Origin: Octopus sinensis
Lineage: Eukaryota
Direction: 5' to 3'
Assembly (NCBI RefSeq): GCF_006345805.1
Contig: NC_043002.1
Coordinates: 115,444,001-115,508,000, forward strand
DNA: 64,000 nucleotides
Each line of letters starts with the position of its first letter. Positions within the stretch are counted from its first letter, which is position 1. The notes beneath the pieces are model-generated. The model ran no database searches. It saw only the letters and a program-made list of their open reading frames with translations, and was not told the DNA's origin. Positions 41,201-54,060 of the stretch are shown piece by piece. A program made the translations under genes and the position numbers.

Positions 41201-41989
41201 AGAAGCCTTGTGAACAGAAACCTTGTGAATGAAACTGAGTAGACTATTTATAATTGAAATGGCTGGCTTTGTCACACACTATCATGTTGATTATACTCAA
41301 GGACTGTTCAGGTTCCACCTGTGAAATGGAATACCCAGTTGGTCAGTTGTCTGGACAGCTGGATTTACTCATGGTTGAAACTAACTGACAAGCAGTAAAC
41401 TAAGAAAAAGTACTTTAATTTATGTTATATTACAATATATTATTTGCATAAATTATGGAAAGAAGTTGAAATGGTAAATGAGCTTAAAAGAAATATATTG
41501 TCTGATGTCTAAATTCTTCATCTAATTTTTATGTATCCAGTAATTCCTTTACAACAGCCCAGAAAACATTTTATAGTAACTTTGCCCATATTAATCTCAT
41601 CAAATTATCTTTAAATGATTTTAAAACACTAACTATACAAAATACTACTTCACTCTCACAAAAACAAAATGACAAACACTATTGTAAATAATTGCTTTCA
41701 ATTTAGGCACAAAAGCCAGTAATTTTGAAAGAAGGGGGAATTAGTTGGTACTGTTGACCCAATAACAGACTGGTACTTATTTCATCTACTCAGAGAGCTG
41801 AAAGGCAAAGCTAACCTCAGTAAACCAGAATAAATACTTCAAGGAATTTCTTACAATTTTGCCCTTAATACCAGATGGATTTCGTGTTCATGGACAATTT
41901 TAGGTTTTGACAGCTTTGGTTTCCAATCACTCTCAAGTTACCTTCAATCAAATATTGTTTCAGAAGCAAGTTTTTATTATTATTATTGC

Positions 41990-42425
41990 CAGCGCCGCCC
42001 CGACTGGCCTCCGTGCCGGTGGCACGTAAAAGCACCATCCGTTCGTGTCTGTTGCCAGCCTCGCCTGGCCCCCGTAGCACCATCCGTTCGTGGCCGTTGC
42101 CAGCCTCACCTGGCCCCCGTGCCAGTGGCACGTAAAAAGCACCATCCGATCATGGCCGTTGCCAGCCTCGCCTGGCCCCTATGCCGGCGGCACGTAAAAA
42201 GCACCATCCGTCCGTGGCCGTTTGCCAGCTCCATCTGGCACCTGTGCGGGTGGCATGTAAAAAGCACCCACTACACTCAAGGAGTGGTTGGCATTAGGAA
42301 GGGCATCCAGCTGTAGAAACATTGCCAGATCAGACTGGGCCTGGTGCAGCCTTCTGGCTTCCCAGACCCCAGTTGAACCATCCAACCCATGCTAGCATGG
42401 AAAGCGGACGCTAAATGATGATGAT
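41990..42425 (+). mobile_element. 5'-truncated RTE 3' UTR copy with (GAT)n tail
   Basis: Closely similar to 57585-57866; internal repeats of gtggccgttgccagcctcgcctggc. Confidence 0.85.
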
Positions 42426-45400
42426 CTATATATTAATACACTAAGGCTGAATGCATTATGCTGTCACGTAATTAGTTGAAAAGAAAGAAAAAGAGGGAGA
42501 GAAGTGTTAAGATGAGGTAATAGTTATGTGTTTAAAAAGTGAATTGAAAGAAGAAATATTGAGAAAGAGAGTCAGAAATCCAATGTTTAGCAGAGGATGA
42601 TGTTCTGGTGGTGAGGTTACAGAGATGAAGTTATACTGAGAGTGAGAGGTAGAAAGAGAGAGAGAGAGAATAGTGCATTATGCTGTCATGTGGTTAGTGG
42701 AAATCAGAGGTGAAGAGAAAGAGAGAAATGATAAGATGAAGAGAGGAATGACATGGTTAAAAAGTTAGTTGAAATAAAAGGTAAAGAGAGAAATATAAAG
42801 TGTTTAACAGGAAATTTTAAACATCATATTGTGACTGATAAGAAAATAACATTTTAATATTCAATTTCTTACATTTTCTACTCTCTGTTGGTCTATCTAT
42901 CTACATTGATAAATACATTGATGGGTGGACAGAAGAAAGGTTTACATCAGCTATAATAATAAACTTATCATAAATACAAAGATCTTTCAATGAAAGTGAA
43001 ATAACTTAGCAAAATAGCCATGGATGTTATTCTTTTTAACTTATTTTTCAAACAATGTATTGACAAGAAAAGTTGATACAAAAATCTAAACTGAAATCAA
43101 ACAACCTTGGTTGGCAAATAACCAAACTGTTACTGAAAGTTATGACAATGGTGGTGGTGAGTGGAAAGTGAAAAATGTTGATTTCTTTTAACTAAACTTT
43201 TTACATCACCTATCACTTAATGCATACACACAAGTGCAACTATATATATATATAATATATATATATATATATACCATCTGCTCACTTGAAAACTGATATT
43301 TGGTTACAAAATATGGATGACACGATGTAATCTAGCAAGAGAAGGAATGAAACGACATAAAGAGAAGCAGAGTGTGAAATCACTAGAACAAGCAGAGAAG
43401 CATCAGTGCAGAAGGGAAAATATGAATCAAAGAGTATAGAGTGAGTATTTACAACAGATAAGAGATTATGTTCACCATAGAATAGAAAATGAGAGAACAT
43501 CAAAAAAGTAACAGTAAATGTAGAGTTGAAAGTTACATTGGTGACATGAATATTCTCAGTAATTACTGTGAACTCTTAGATTTATAAATGAACCTCTGAA
43601 CTGCTGAGAGTATATGAAAATCATGGTCCCTTAATTACAGCCTAAACCAGATTTGAAAGGTGCTTTTAAATGAAAATAATACAGAATAAGCAATTTCAAA
43701 AGAAACACTAATTTTGGATGCTCTATATAAACTTCCCACCATCCACAAAATTTCATATTTACTATGGAATTTCCATAGGTACAGCTAATTATTATTAATA
43801 AAATAAAAAGTTAAGAGAAAACAAGTGACATACATTGATTACAAGGTGAGCTTTATTCAGAAAGGAAATAGGGTTTCTCCAACTGTTCTACTTTTCAATA
43901 ATTCAACCAATTTAATTACTTCTATAGTTAAGTTAGGGTTAACATATTTAATGCACTGAAATTGTAAATCCAATAAGAAATACTAATACAGGACTAAACT
44001 ACACTAACTCAATGACTAACATTTTAACAATTCAGAATCCAAGGTAACCAATGAGAGTTTGCATTGGCAACAGCAATAAAATCCAAGACAGTGGAGGCAT
44101 CAATAGATTTTGTTCCAGTGAGGCATGAAAAAGTGGTAAAGTTACAACCAACAGAAGAGAGGAGGAAGTGAATAGGTTAAGAAGGAAGAGATTGCAAGTA
44201 GATGAGTAGAGTAAATAAGAGAGTAAATAGAGAAAGTAAGAAGTTGATTGTGAGGAGAGTGACCCAAGTATAAGAGACAGAGTGTGGAGAGTGCTAGGGT
44301 TGACGAGAGGAAATCATTCAAACTGATACAAGTGGAGGTTTTTAGTAAAAAAAAAAAAAAAATATTGAGTCATTGCCATCAAGTGAAAATATTAAGCAGT
44401 CACCGTTAAAGAGTAATTAAAGGAATAAAATTTTTACCTAAAGAGGAGTGGGAAATTAAGATAATGGACAGAAGACCTTAATTACTCTCTCAGTGACTCA
44501 AACTCAGTACATATGAAATAAACTGAAAGAACTGTCTGGAAAGATTTTTTGCTTCAGCAGTGAAATAGTGGGGAGACAACTGCAGACAGCTTAGAAACAG
44601 TCGCAAGGTAAATTACGAAGTGCATATTCAAGAATTCACAATGCAATTATCTCAAAGATTCATTTTCTAAACTTACTAATGCTTTTCATCTGAAATATAT
44701 GATATTGGTACATTAACCCAGGGATTCTTTCATTACTACTTTGGCAAATATAGTGAAGTTTATACTTCGGTGAAACATCACCAGAGTTGCCGTGAAGATC
44801 ATAGGGAGACCATTTCACATTCCATTGTTCCCCTAAAGAATTGTTATATTTTTACAATATTGAGTATCTCCCTTCATGAATGCTTGTATTTAGTAGTAGC
44901 TAATAATATTCAGTAAGAACACAGCTAAAAAAACCATATTCATATAATTTTATTATATACATACATTCGTTCATTCAAAAATTAAAATGTTTGTCTAAAC
45001 CAGTTCATACTTTTGTGAATGCATTGAAGAAAAAAGTAAACAGTTGTTACCTTGTAAATTTTATATTTTTATTTACCATAGAAATACGGCTCCACAATTT
45101 TTACGTAGTAGGAGTTTCCAAGTTTCCAAACTGATGAACTAATTGTAGAGTAATGAAAAACAAATGAGAAATATTTCAAAATATGACTTTCACTACTACA
45201 TTTCAACTATTATAGAGCTCAAGCACAACCCAAATACAGTAAGATACTTGCATTTAGTTTACATTTTTAACAAATTCAGAGAACTTTAGGTTCCAAGTCC
45301 TGATATTTACATTTCTGTCATTTCTAACCAAGAAAATGCAAATTATAAACACCTATTTTCACATTTAAAAAAAAATCTAAGTATTTACATTTTTCAGTTT

Positions 45401-47280
45401 AAGATTTTAAAAAAAAAAAGTACAAACAATATGAAAATTACATTAGATTTCATGACATTAAAATACATTAATGCAAATATTTTGCAAGTGCCAATTGTGC
45501 TGACACTAGTGTTATGATATTTTTGGTATCAATGAAGGTAGAAAAAAACCCTGCATAAAACCAATATTTACCAGGTATTCCAATGTGACCAATATCCTTG
45601 GATGTACTTTACCTGGTTTTATAAGCCAGGCATACAAACATTGAAACCCCACTACCTGGATTGTGAATACTGCAAAAGATTATCAATTGGGAGCATAATT
45701 TCTGCCATGAACGTAAAGTAAATTGCCGAGACAACAACAGTACAATGTATGCGATGAAATGTGTACTCAACCCACTTTTCCAGTGTTTTGAATTTCCAGC
45801 TACCACGCCTTTATAATATGGTTTCCAAATTATAATTTTAAGTGAAAAGGTTGAGAGGAAATATTTGCTCTTCAAGATTAAATATAAGCTCTAGGACATA
45901 ATACAAAACAAAGCTTTATCTTCAGCTAAATATCATAGACTGTTATACATTTATGCCGAGATGAATCAGGCACAGAGAAAAAAATGGAAAAAGGAAATAA
46001 AGGAACAAAATCAGAAACATTATATTGTAAGTGGTTTGCTGGAATCTTTATTTGAGAATGTTGTTCTGAGTTGGTCAAATATTGAGACTGGAGGAAAACA
46101 GTTTTTCCCCGCTGACAACCAACCAGATAGTGTTATAAACAATTGAAAACAAGAACTTGACCCAGAATAACAATGCTACTGAAAGATATGCAGTTATTAA
46201 GCCACCACTGAACAAAAAATAAATGTTCTTGTTCAAAGAGTACATGCCCATTTCTACAATCAACTTTGGTTCTAAGACAACGAACAACACAACAAAAACA
46301 GTAAAATGGCAGGATGAAGATTAAGAGTACTTTTAGATAAAATAATTATTTCCAAAGTCTTTGAAGATAGAATAAACACAGGGATAAACTAAGAGAAATT
46401 AGTTTTGAAATTAAGCAAGTTATGCTTTATTATAAATTCTTTGGCGGAGAAAAACAGGGCACTTCACAAAAAATTAAAAGTTGGACTAGATTCAAACATC
46501 ATACAGTTTATATTTTTAAAGAACATAAACACTAAAAGAGTTGGGAAAAAAATTAGGACTGAAACTAATATAATAATAATGACAAAAAAAAACTTTTTTT
46601 AAATAAAAATAAACAGTTTTAAGGAAAGAAATAAAGCAACCATGAGATACATGAAGCCAACCCTTTTTGATCATTTAAAATCCTACTATTTTCATTTCTT
46701 TTATCTAAAATATAACTTTACCAGGGAAGAAGTCAAATTTAGTAATGTAATTAAAAGGTTAAGATCTTGAAATGTAACTTGTCTTACATCACTTCTGAAT
46801 TCTTTTAATATCAGTACTAAACCCTCCCATTACCATTTAAAACATTCTACTCAATAAACCAATATTTATACCAATAAGGTATTTATATATGAAAAAAACT
46901 TTTAAAGCTATCTGTACTTTGTAAAACAAAAATATCAAGTTATCAACAGAACGAAAGAGTATTTCAATTTAACTGCTCCTGCAACATAGAACAATATTAA
47001 AAAATCCTTAAGAAATATTGACCTTAAACAGGTATTAGAAGTAATAAAAGGAAGCCATGGAGGAAAACAAAATTCAAATTGTCAGGATTATAAAAAGCAA
47101 TTCTGTTTGAGAAACAGAGCTAAAATAAACTTATTTGTTCTCTTCCAGAAAAGTAATACAATAAGAGGTTGCAATGGTTAAAAGAAATTATAACTTATAA
47201 CGAATGATGCATAGATGTGGGCAATTGTGGTGGCAATAACAGGAACAATGATTCCAAGTCTCCTTGCAAATATTCTTCAG

Positions 47281-47990
47281 CTATAACTCCATTGGTTCTT
47301 CATCTGGAGTATTAGATTCTGGAACTTGGGGAGATGTTACACTTGTAGTGGAAGCAGAAACGTCAGCACTTTCAGAAGCTGAACTGTTGGTTCCTCCATC
47401 CTCCTTTTGCAGCATTTGATCAGGTTGGCAACAGTTAGTTTCCATGACTGAAGATGCTTCATTACTGTCATTGTCTTCCTCACATCTTTTACTCTCTTCA
47501 TCTGGTTGAGGTATCTGGGTATTGTCAGCTTCTGATATAGCTGGTGTCATTTCATCAGAAGAAGAAACTGAATTGTCTGTACAAGCAATATCAGTAACGA
47601 CCGAGTCGGCATTATCAGCAGACTCTGCTTGTGCTACAGTAGCAGCCTCTGAAGTGCTGGTATTAGCAGAAGAACAGATCTTTACTGTAGGTTCATGGTG
47701 GGACACTGGTACATCAGTGGTTTCAGAAATATCTGCAGATGAGGGAAAAGATTGTGAAGAGAAAGATGATGTTGATGACAGTGGAGTGCTTGAGTCTTGG
47801 CACAGCTCTGGCTGTAACTGATTTGTGGGTACTGATGCACATGTATGACTTGCTGTGATAGAACTCGTAATAGTACTGCTAGTGTTTGTTGTCAAACTGG
47901 ATTTGTTTGTAACTGAATCAGAACTGTCACAGTTCTTTACCATATCTTTTGGAAGAATGAACTGAACTTTCGAAGTTTCTTCAGATATAA
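47281..47990 (-). CDS. PPP4R2: PP4 regulatory subunit 2, last coding exon (acidic, Ser-rich tail)
   Basis: Acceptor ttatttgcag|, phase 1, IISEETSKVQFILPKDMVKN..DEEPMEL*. The EPME end resembles the vertebrate PPP4R2 C-terminus (from memory). Confidence 0.85.
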
Positions 47991-48136
47991 CTGCAAATAA
48001 AGAAAAAATGGGTTAAATATATGTACAAGGGAGAGAAAGAAAGTGTAACATTTAATAGAGAAATAAATAAAAGTTAAGTATTTATAGGTAAAATTTAACA
48101 TTATGAAGGAGAACAAATGATTAAGAATTGACTCAC

Positions 48137-48834
48137 TATGGAAACTGTTAGAAATCGAACTGCTCTCCGATGAAGCTGGTTGTGTTTGAATGTCTTCCAT
48201 TTTAGTCTCCAGTTTGCTTCTACTGTTTTCTTCCTCCAGTTGCATTATATCTGCTAATACATCAGTAGCTGGTGGGTCTTTTTGGGTTAGTTCCCTTGGC
48301 TGATGATTGGCACAGCTGTCTGCTGTAGATAGTTCAGTACTTTCTTCATGACCATTTTGACTAGTAGGAGACTGTTGAGAATTATCATCACCACTACTTA
48401 AAGTAGACTCTTCCCCACTGCTACTAGTAGAAGATTGAACAGAGTCTCGGTCATCAGATATGGAGTCAAAAGAAGATGAAGAATCCTCTTTATCACACTT
48501 ATCTTCTGCAATTGAAGAGTTATTAATTTCTACATTGTTGTTACCTAAATCTGTAGAATGGACTGTTCCTGGTAGCGGTGGTGAAGGTAATGTCCTACTA
48601 CTAAGCGACACATTTCGTTCATCACAGTTTTCATCGTATGTCGGACTGTCTGGTTTATCAGAATCAGACTTAGAAGATGGCCAGATGGTAGCAGAATCAA
48701 TGGAAGTTGCTTGCCAAAGAGGCGGTGAAGGAACAGGCAATGGTGGAGGAGTGTGTGGTGGGGTACGTATTGATGCAGTATGTCCATTAATATCAATCCC
48801 ATTAACAATATTCCGTGACTCACAAACAACTTTT
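48137..48834 (-). CDS. PPP4R2: PPP4R2 internal 698-nt exon
   Basis: Acceptor tttctctttag|, donor |gtgagt. Phase 2 in and phase 1 out, matching both neighbours; open throughout. Confidence 0.85.
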
Positions 48835-49041
48835 CTAAAGAGAAAGAAAAGCAAGTCTTATGACAGTTATACATGTAACTAAACATGAAACAATAAAAGT
48901 GAGAAAAACGTTAATGTACAGATATCAAAAGGATAAAAATAGTTTTCAATTTCTATCTTTAAATGGGTTATTTTAACTAAGACTTATGAATTTTTGAAGT
49001 TAAATAACTGTCAAGTACTTTCAATTGAAATATGTACTAAC

Positions 49042-49079
49042 CTTCCGTATGGATCCACAGTGCTAACAACCATGATGTT
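49042..49079 (-). CDS. PPP4R2: PPP4R2 38-nt exon
   Basis: tttttcag|NIMVVSTVDPYGR|gttagt matches the PPP4R2 NVMVVS motif. Confidence 0.92.
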
Positions 49080-51656
49080 CTGAAAAAGGAGAGAATTTTA
49101 TTTTAATTTTTTGTAGAGTATCGGACATCCTACATGGGAAGATAAATAAGAGTAATGAAAGACTGATTTAAGAAAACTTGGTTGTAAAATTTGGTTTTTA
49201 AAAGAAATGCTAAAACACAAGGTAAGAGTTTTTTCCACAAGGCAGCAGTCTCTTAATACCTTTAAATTTTGGTGTAGAGATTAGGGAGAGCAACAATACA
49301 ATCAGAAAGAAGCAAAATAGATTTAGCAATTAAGTTCTGGTGAATTATTATTACAGTTTATTATATTAGTAATAGAAAAAGCAGAACAGGGCAGATCAAG
49401 AGTTGCAAGATTTTTTACATTATCAATGAAGTAAATAACTTCTGAATATACACACCAACAAATGTGACAGCAATATTTTATAACATGTAGATTTAGAATT
49501 TGTAAGAATATTTGCATCTAGAAGGGCTGTTTGAAATTGAAGGGTTTCTTTGTGCTAAAGAATACTTACAGTCTTTACATTATTTTGTTGACACCTGTCA
49601 TTCTCAGAGCCTGTAATCTAAGTAGTTTCTGCTCTACCTAGAAAACTGTTCTATCCCCCCCATACTAGACGATTATTATCAAATACCTTAGTTATCCTCC
49701 TCATTATTATTCACTTCTCTTTTTCATACTCTCTCTCTCTTTTACTCTTTTACTTGTTTCAGTCATTTGACTGCGGCCATGCTGGAGCACCGCCTTTAGT
49801 CGAGCAACTTGACCCCGGGACTTATTCTTTTGTAAGCCCAGTACTTATTCTATCGGTCTCTTTTGCCGAACCGCTAAGTGACGGAGACATAAACACACCA
49901 GCATCGGTTGTCAAGCAATGCTAGGGGGACAAACACAGACACACAACTGGATTCTTTCAGTTTCCGTCTACCAAATCCACTCACAAGGCTTTGGTCGGCC
50001 CGAGGCTATAGTAGAAGACACTTGCCCAAGGTGCCACACAGTGGGACTGAACCCGGAACCATGTGGTTGGTAATCAAGCTACTTACCACACAGCCACTCC
50101 TGCGCCATGTAAATTTTTTGTTATATATTTTCTGAAGGTGTGCAATAGGCTCAGGGATCTTTCGGCATTCATATACTTGACCCTTACATTACCGGATTTC
50201 TGCTGAAATACACTTTAATTAATCTTGAAAATAATATATTTAGTAAAATAGCTTTACCATTAAGCTAGTGTTTATTAACATGAATTAACATGAAATTTTG
50301 ATGGATGGTTTTAATTTAAATTGCTACAAAGCAGGAAGCTTGTATCATAGATAACAAGAGTAGTCTCATGCAGGTTGGTATCAAGAGGGTTAATGTTCTT
50401 GGGGTAGAGTTCTCATTTAGTCCTTAATGCTTTTTCAGAGATTAGTGACACATTAACTATCAAAACCTAATTATACTTCTATCCTTACATTATGAATGGA
50501 AACCTAACCACTAATTCTATCATTCACCCAAACCACATCAGTTTTATTATCTACCTTGCTAAGCACATACCTACACTTACAGTTCTGGACTTATTAATGC
50601 ACCCCCAAAATCTTAAATGCTGTTCTTGATGGATCATGTCAACATATTCCCCCCAGTCTTCTTGCGTAAAACACATATCCAATCTACACAACCTGAACTT
50701 CCCTATGTCTGCACAGTAATACTTGTACAGAGGTAGGTCACTTGAAAGAGAAAAAAATGGCATTGACAAAATTCAAGATCAGGAGGTTTACAGCAAACTT
50801 CTTTGTATCATCATAGAATAATGTGTGACAGAACTGCCAATAAATTGGATGACATTTACAATTTCATTAGTTATGGGATTTCACTGTATTCATAATGAAT
50901 TTAGGTTTCTATCACTGATACAAAAATTTTTTCATGTATCTCATTTTCGTTTTATCTTCATCATCATCATTTGATGTCCATATTCCATACTGGCAAGGGT
51001 TGGATGGTTTTGACAGGATCCGATGAGCCAAAGAATTGATTGCACTGGGCTTCAATTTCTGCTTTGGTATGGTTTCTCTGGACACCTTTAGTTAAACTCT
51101 AAAGTAAGAATTATATTTTCAATTAAAAATAATAATCCAAATGCCAAATTGAAGATGAAATTATTTGTGAATTTATCAAAATCTGAAAAATGTGCTTGCA
51201 AAATAAAAAAAATACTTGCAATAAGAATAAGTATCTTGAATAATTAGTTTATATGTAATAAAAGTAAAAAAAAAAAAAAAAAGATTTGAAAAATTTGGAG
51301 TTTGCATCAGATTATTAGAAATAAAAATTGCTGTGAAGTAGAATATTGTACAAGATTTGTAGGTGAAGAATGTAGAGAATTTCCAAGAAAACTGACTGGA
51401 TATATTATTAATGAATTCCTCTAAAAGTGTTTCAAACATAAACCTTTTATTTGTATTACAGGGAGATGTATCAGAAAAAAAAACTAAACAGAGATCAAGC
51501 CAAACAATGAAAATATGAAAGCATGGTGAAAAGAAATGAAAATGAAAAGCAAAACACCAGCCACAACAACAATCTCTCTCTTCGTTAAACAAAGGCAGAC
51601 ATAACAAAAAAGAAATTTGAAAACTAATGCAGATTGAGCTAAATTCAGATGGTTAC

Positions 51657-51750
51657 CTTCTCAATGCCTCTCAGAAATTTATCACTCCTTTTATAGTGTC
51701 TGGTTGGTTCAGTTATGAGCTCACATAGTCTTTGAATTGTAAAAGGGGCA
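51657..51750 (-). CDS. PPP4R2: PPP4R2 94-nt exon
   Basis: atttcag|(G)[31 protein letters not shown]|gtaacc contains the family signature [10 protein letters not shown]. Confidence 0.97.
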
Positions 51751-52199
51751 CTGAAATTAAATAATATAATCAAATTTTTTAATTGAACAGATTATAAAAT
51801 ACGCTAATATTTCACATTTTTTATATGCTATATAATGAAAGTGATCAGTTAAAGACATCATAGGGCATACAATTTAATTAAAACTTTAGGCTTTGATCAT
51901 GATTGAATGAGTTTAACCTTTTCGCATCCACATAATCTTTCAATTCTAATGCGTATTCAAACTACATTGAATTCATCATACATTATCTTGTAGCATCAAA
52001 ATTTTGATAACACATGTTTATTGTTAGAATGGCATTGCATGGTAGGTGTAAGAGGTTGAGCCTGATTAGTTTAAACAAAACTGGTTAGAATATCTGGGTT
52101 GGATATGGCTACTTTAGGTGAGTGTGCTAAATTATATGGCACTAAAAGAGAATTAATCTCCCCGGACACAACAATATATACATACACACACACATACAG

Positions 52200-52230
<31 letters not shown>

Positions 52231-52297
52231 CACACACATAATTTACATTATTTAGAATTGACGGATATTTGTCGTCATCTTGCTTGTAACAACAAAC

Positions 52298-52328
<31 letters not shown>

Positions 52329-52459
52329 GAAAGAACCACCTTTTATCAATTCAAAATGAACAATTAAATTATACCATCTAGAAAATTACATATAATAGAA
52401 ATATTAAAATAGCAATAAAATACCAATGATTAAGTAAATAGCAAAAAAATAATGGCAAT

Positions 52460-52607
52460 AATAATAAATCTCTGAACGAGATGTAAACAGTAACTGCTCG
52501 ACAACGTAAAGTATACTAGCCATCTCAATATGGCCATATTGAGATGGCTAGTATACTTTACGTTGTCGAGCAGTTACTGTTTACATCTCGTTCAGAGATT
52601 TATTATT
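52460..52607. repeat. 148-bp spacerless perfect palindrome
   Basis: The arms mirror around tgg|cca at 52533/52534. Confidence 0.95.
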
Positions 52608-52708
52608 GCTTGCATACAGTTTTTCGAAATCAGTGACAAAAAGTTACTGGAAAAACAATAAATAAAGATTTGCAAACGGTATCCCTTCATCGAAAACCGG
52701 TGATTGTC

Positions 52709-52751
52709 GTACGCTGATGACTGGTCAATACCTAGAAACTGCAGTCCGTGC
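52709..52751 (+). ncRNA. Hammerhead-like motif with damaged stem II
   Basis: gtacg-CTGATGA-ctggtcaataccta-GAAA-ctgcag-TC-cgtgc. Confidence 0.6.
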
Positions 52752-52925
52752 ATATCACTTAGGTTGATGAGAGAGGGATGACCTCCCTTTGCAAATACCA
52801 TAGGTGCACAGCCAGGACGTATATACATGATCCCCCTTTTTTCTTTTTAACAAACTTCATGTACTTTCATGTATTTATATTAATATACATTATATATATG
52901 TGTGTGTGTGTATCCATATATATAT

Positions 52926-53905
52926 GTTCCTTCGTCGTTATTCCTTTCCCCAAAGATACCCTAAATTCCCTACGAAATTTTTTCTCTCTCTCTTATTTAT
53001 ATTACGTTCTTCTCGAACCCCGAAGTTCCTAGATGTTCAGTAATTTCTGTTGCAGAAAATTCCCTACGTATTAACTTAAAACCTGTTGTTCCTTCGTCGT
53101 TATTCCTTTCCCCAAAGATACCCTAAATTCCCTACGAAATTTTTTCTCTCTCTCTTATTTATATTACGTTCTTCTCGAACCCCGAAGTTCCTAGATGTTC
53201 AGTAATTTCTGTTGCAGAAAATTCCCTACGTATTAACTTAAAACCTGTTGTTCCTTCGTCGTTATTCCTTTCCCCAAAGATACCCTAAATTCCTACGAAA
53301 TTTTTTCTCTCTCTTATTTATATTACGTTCTTCTCGAACCCCGAAGTTCCTAGATGTTCAGTAATTTCTGTTGCAGAAAATTCCCTACGTATTAACTTAA
53401 AACCTGTTGTTCCTTCGTCGTTATTCCTTTCCCCAAAGATACCCTAAATTCCCTACAAAATATTTTCTCTCTCTCTTATTTATATTACGTTCTTCTCGAA
53501 CCCCGAAGTTCCTAGATGTTCAGTAATTTCTGTTGCAGAAAATTCCCTACGTATTAACTTAAAACCTGTTGTTCCTTCGTCGTTATTCCTTTCCCCAAGA
53601 TACCCTAAATTCCCTACGAAATTTTTTCTCTCTCTCTCTATTTATATTACGTTCTTCTCGAACCCCGAAGTTCCTAGATGTTCAGTAATTTCTGTTGCAG
53701 AAAATTCCCTACGTATTAACTTAAAACCTGTTGTTCCTTCGTCGTTATTCCTTTCCCCAAAGATACCCTAAATTCCCTACGAAATTTTTTCTCTCTCTCT
53801 TATTCATATTACGTTCTTCTCTCGAACCCCGAAGTTCCTAGATGTTCAGTAATTTCTGTTGCAGAAAATTCCCTACGTATTAACTTAAAACCTGTTGTTC
53901 CTTCG
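52926..53905 (+). repeat. Tandem array, 6 units of 159-164 bp
   Basis: Units start gttccttcg at 52926, 53088, 53250, 53409, 53571 and 53733; a partial unit starts at 53897. Confidence 0.97.
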
Positions 53906-54060
53906 AGGTGACCCCGCCCTCCCACCCATCCACCAGAACCGGAAGTTTCTGTTTTCTATCTTTCTTGACCCCCCCCCCCCGCACCCCTATGTAGGGTTTA
54001 TTGTGATCATATAGCGCAAAAACTGTGAAATTTATGCAGATTGTAGTCTAGAGTCTCAGT

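Noticed and set aside
44057-44071. Second X-box-like sequence tttgcattggcaac
   Set aside because: Only one good half-site and no promoter context.
45609-45875. Minus ORF ending at a donor-like ag|gtaaag
   Set aside because: It lies downstream of the PPP4R2 stop, has no recognisable protein and no clear acceptor.
52926-53905. Tandem array considered as CRISPR-like
   Set aside because: There are no unique spacers, the units are ~162 bp, and the context is eukaryotic with no cas genes.
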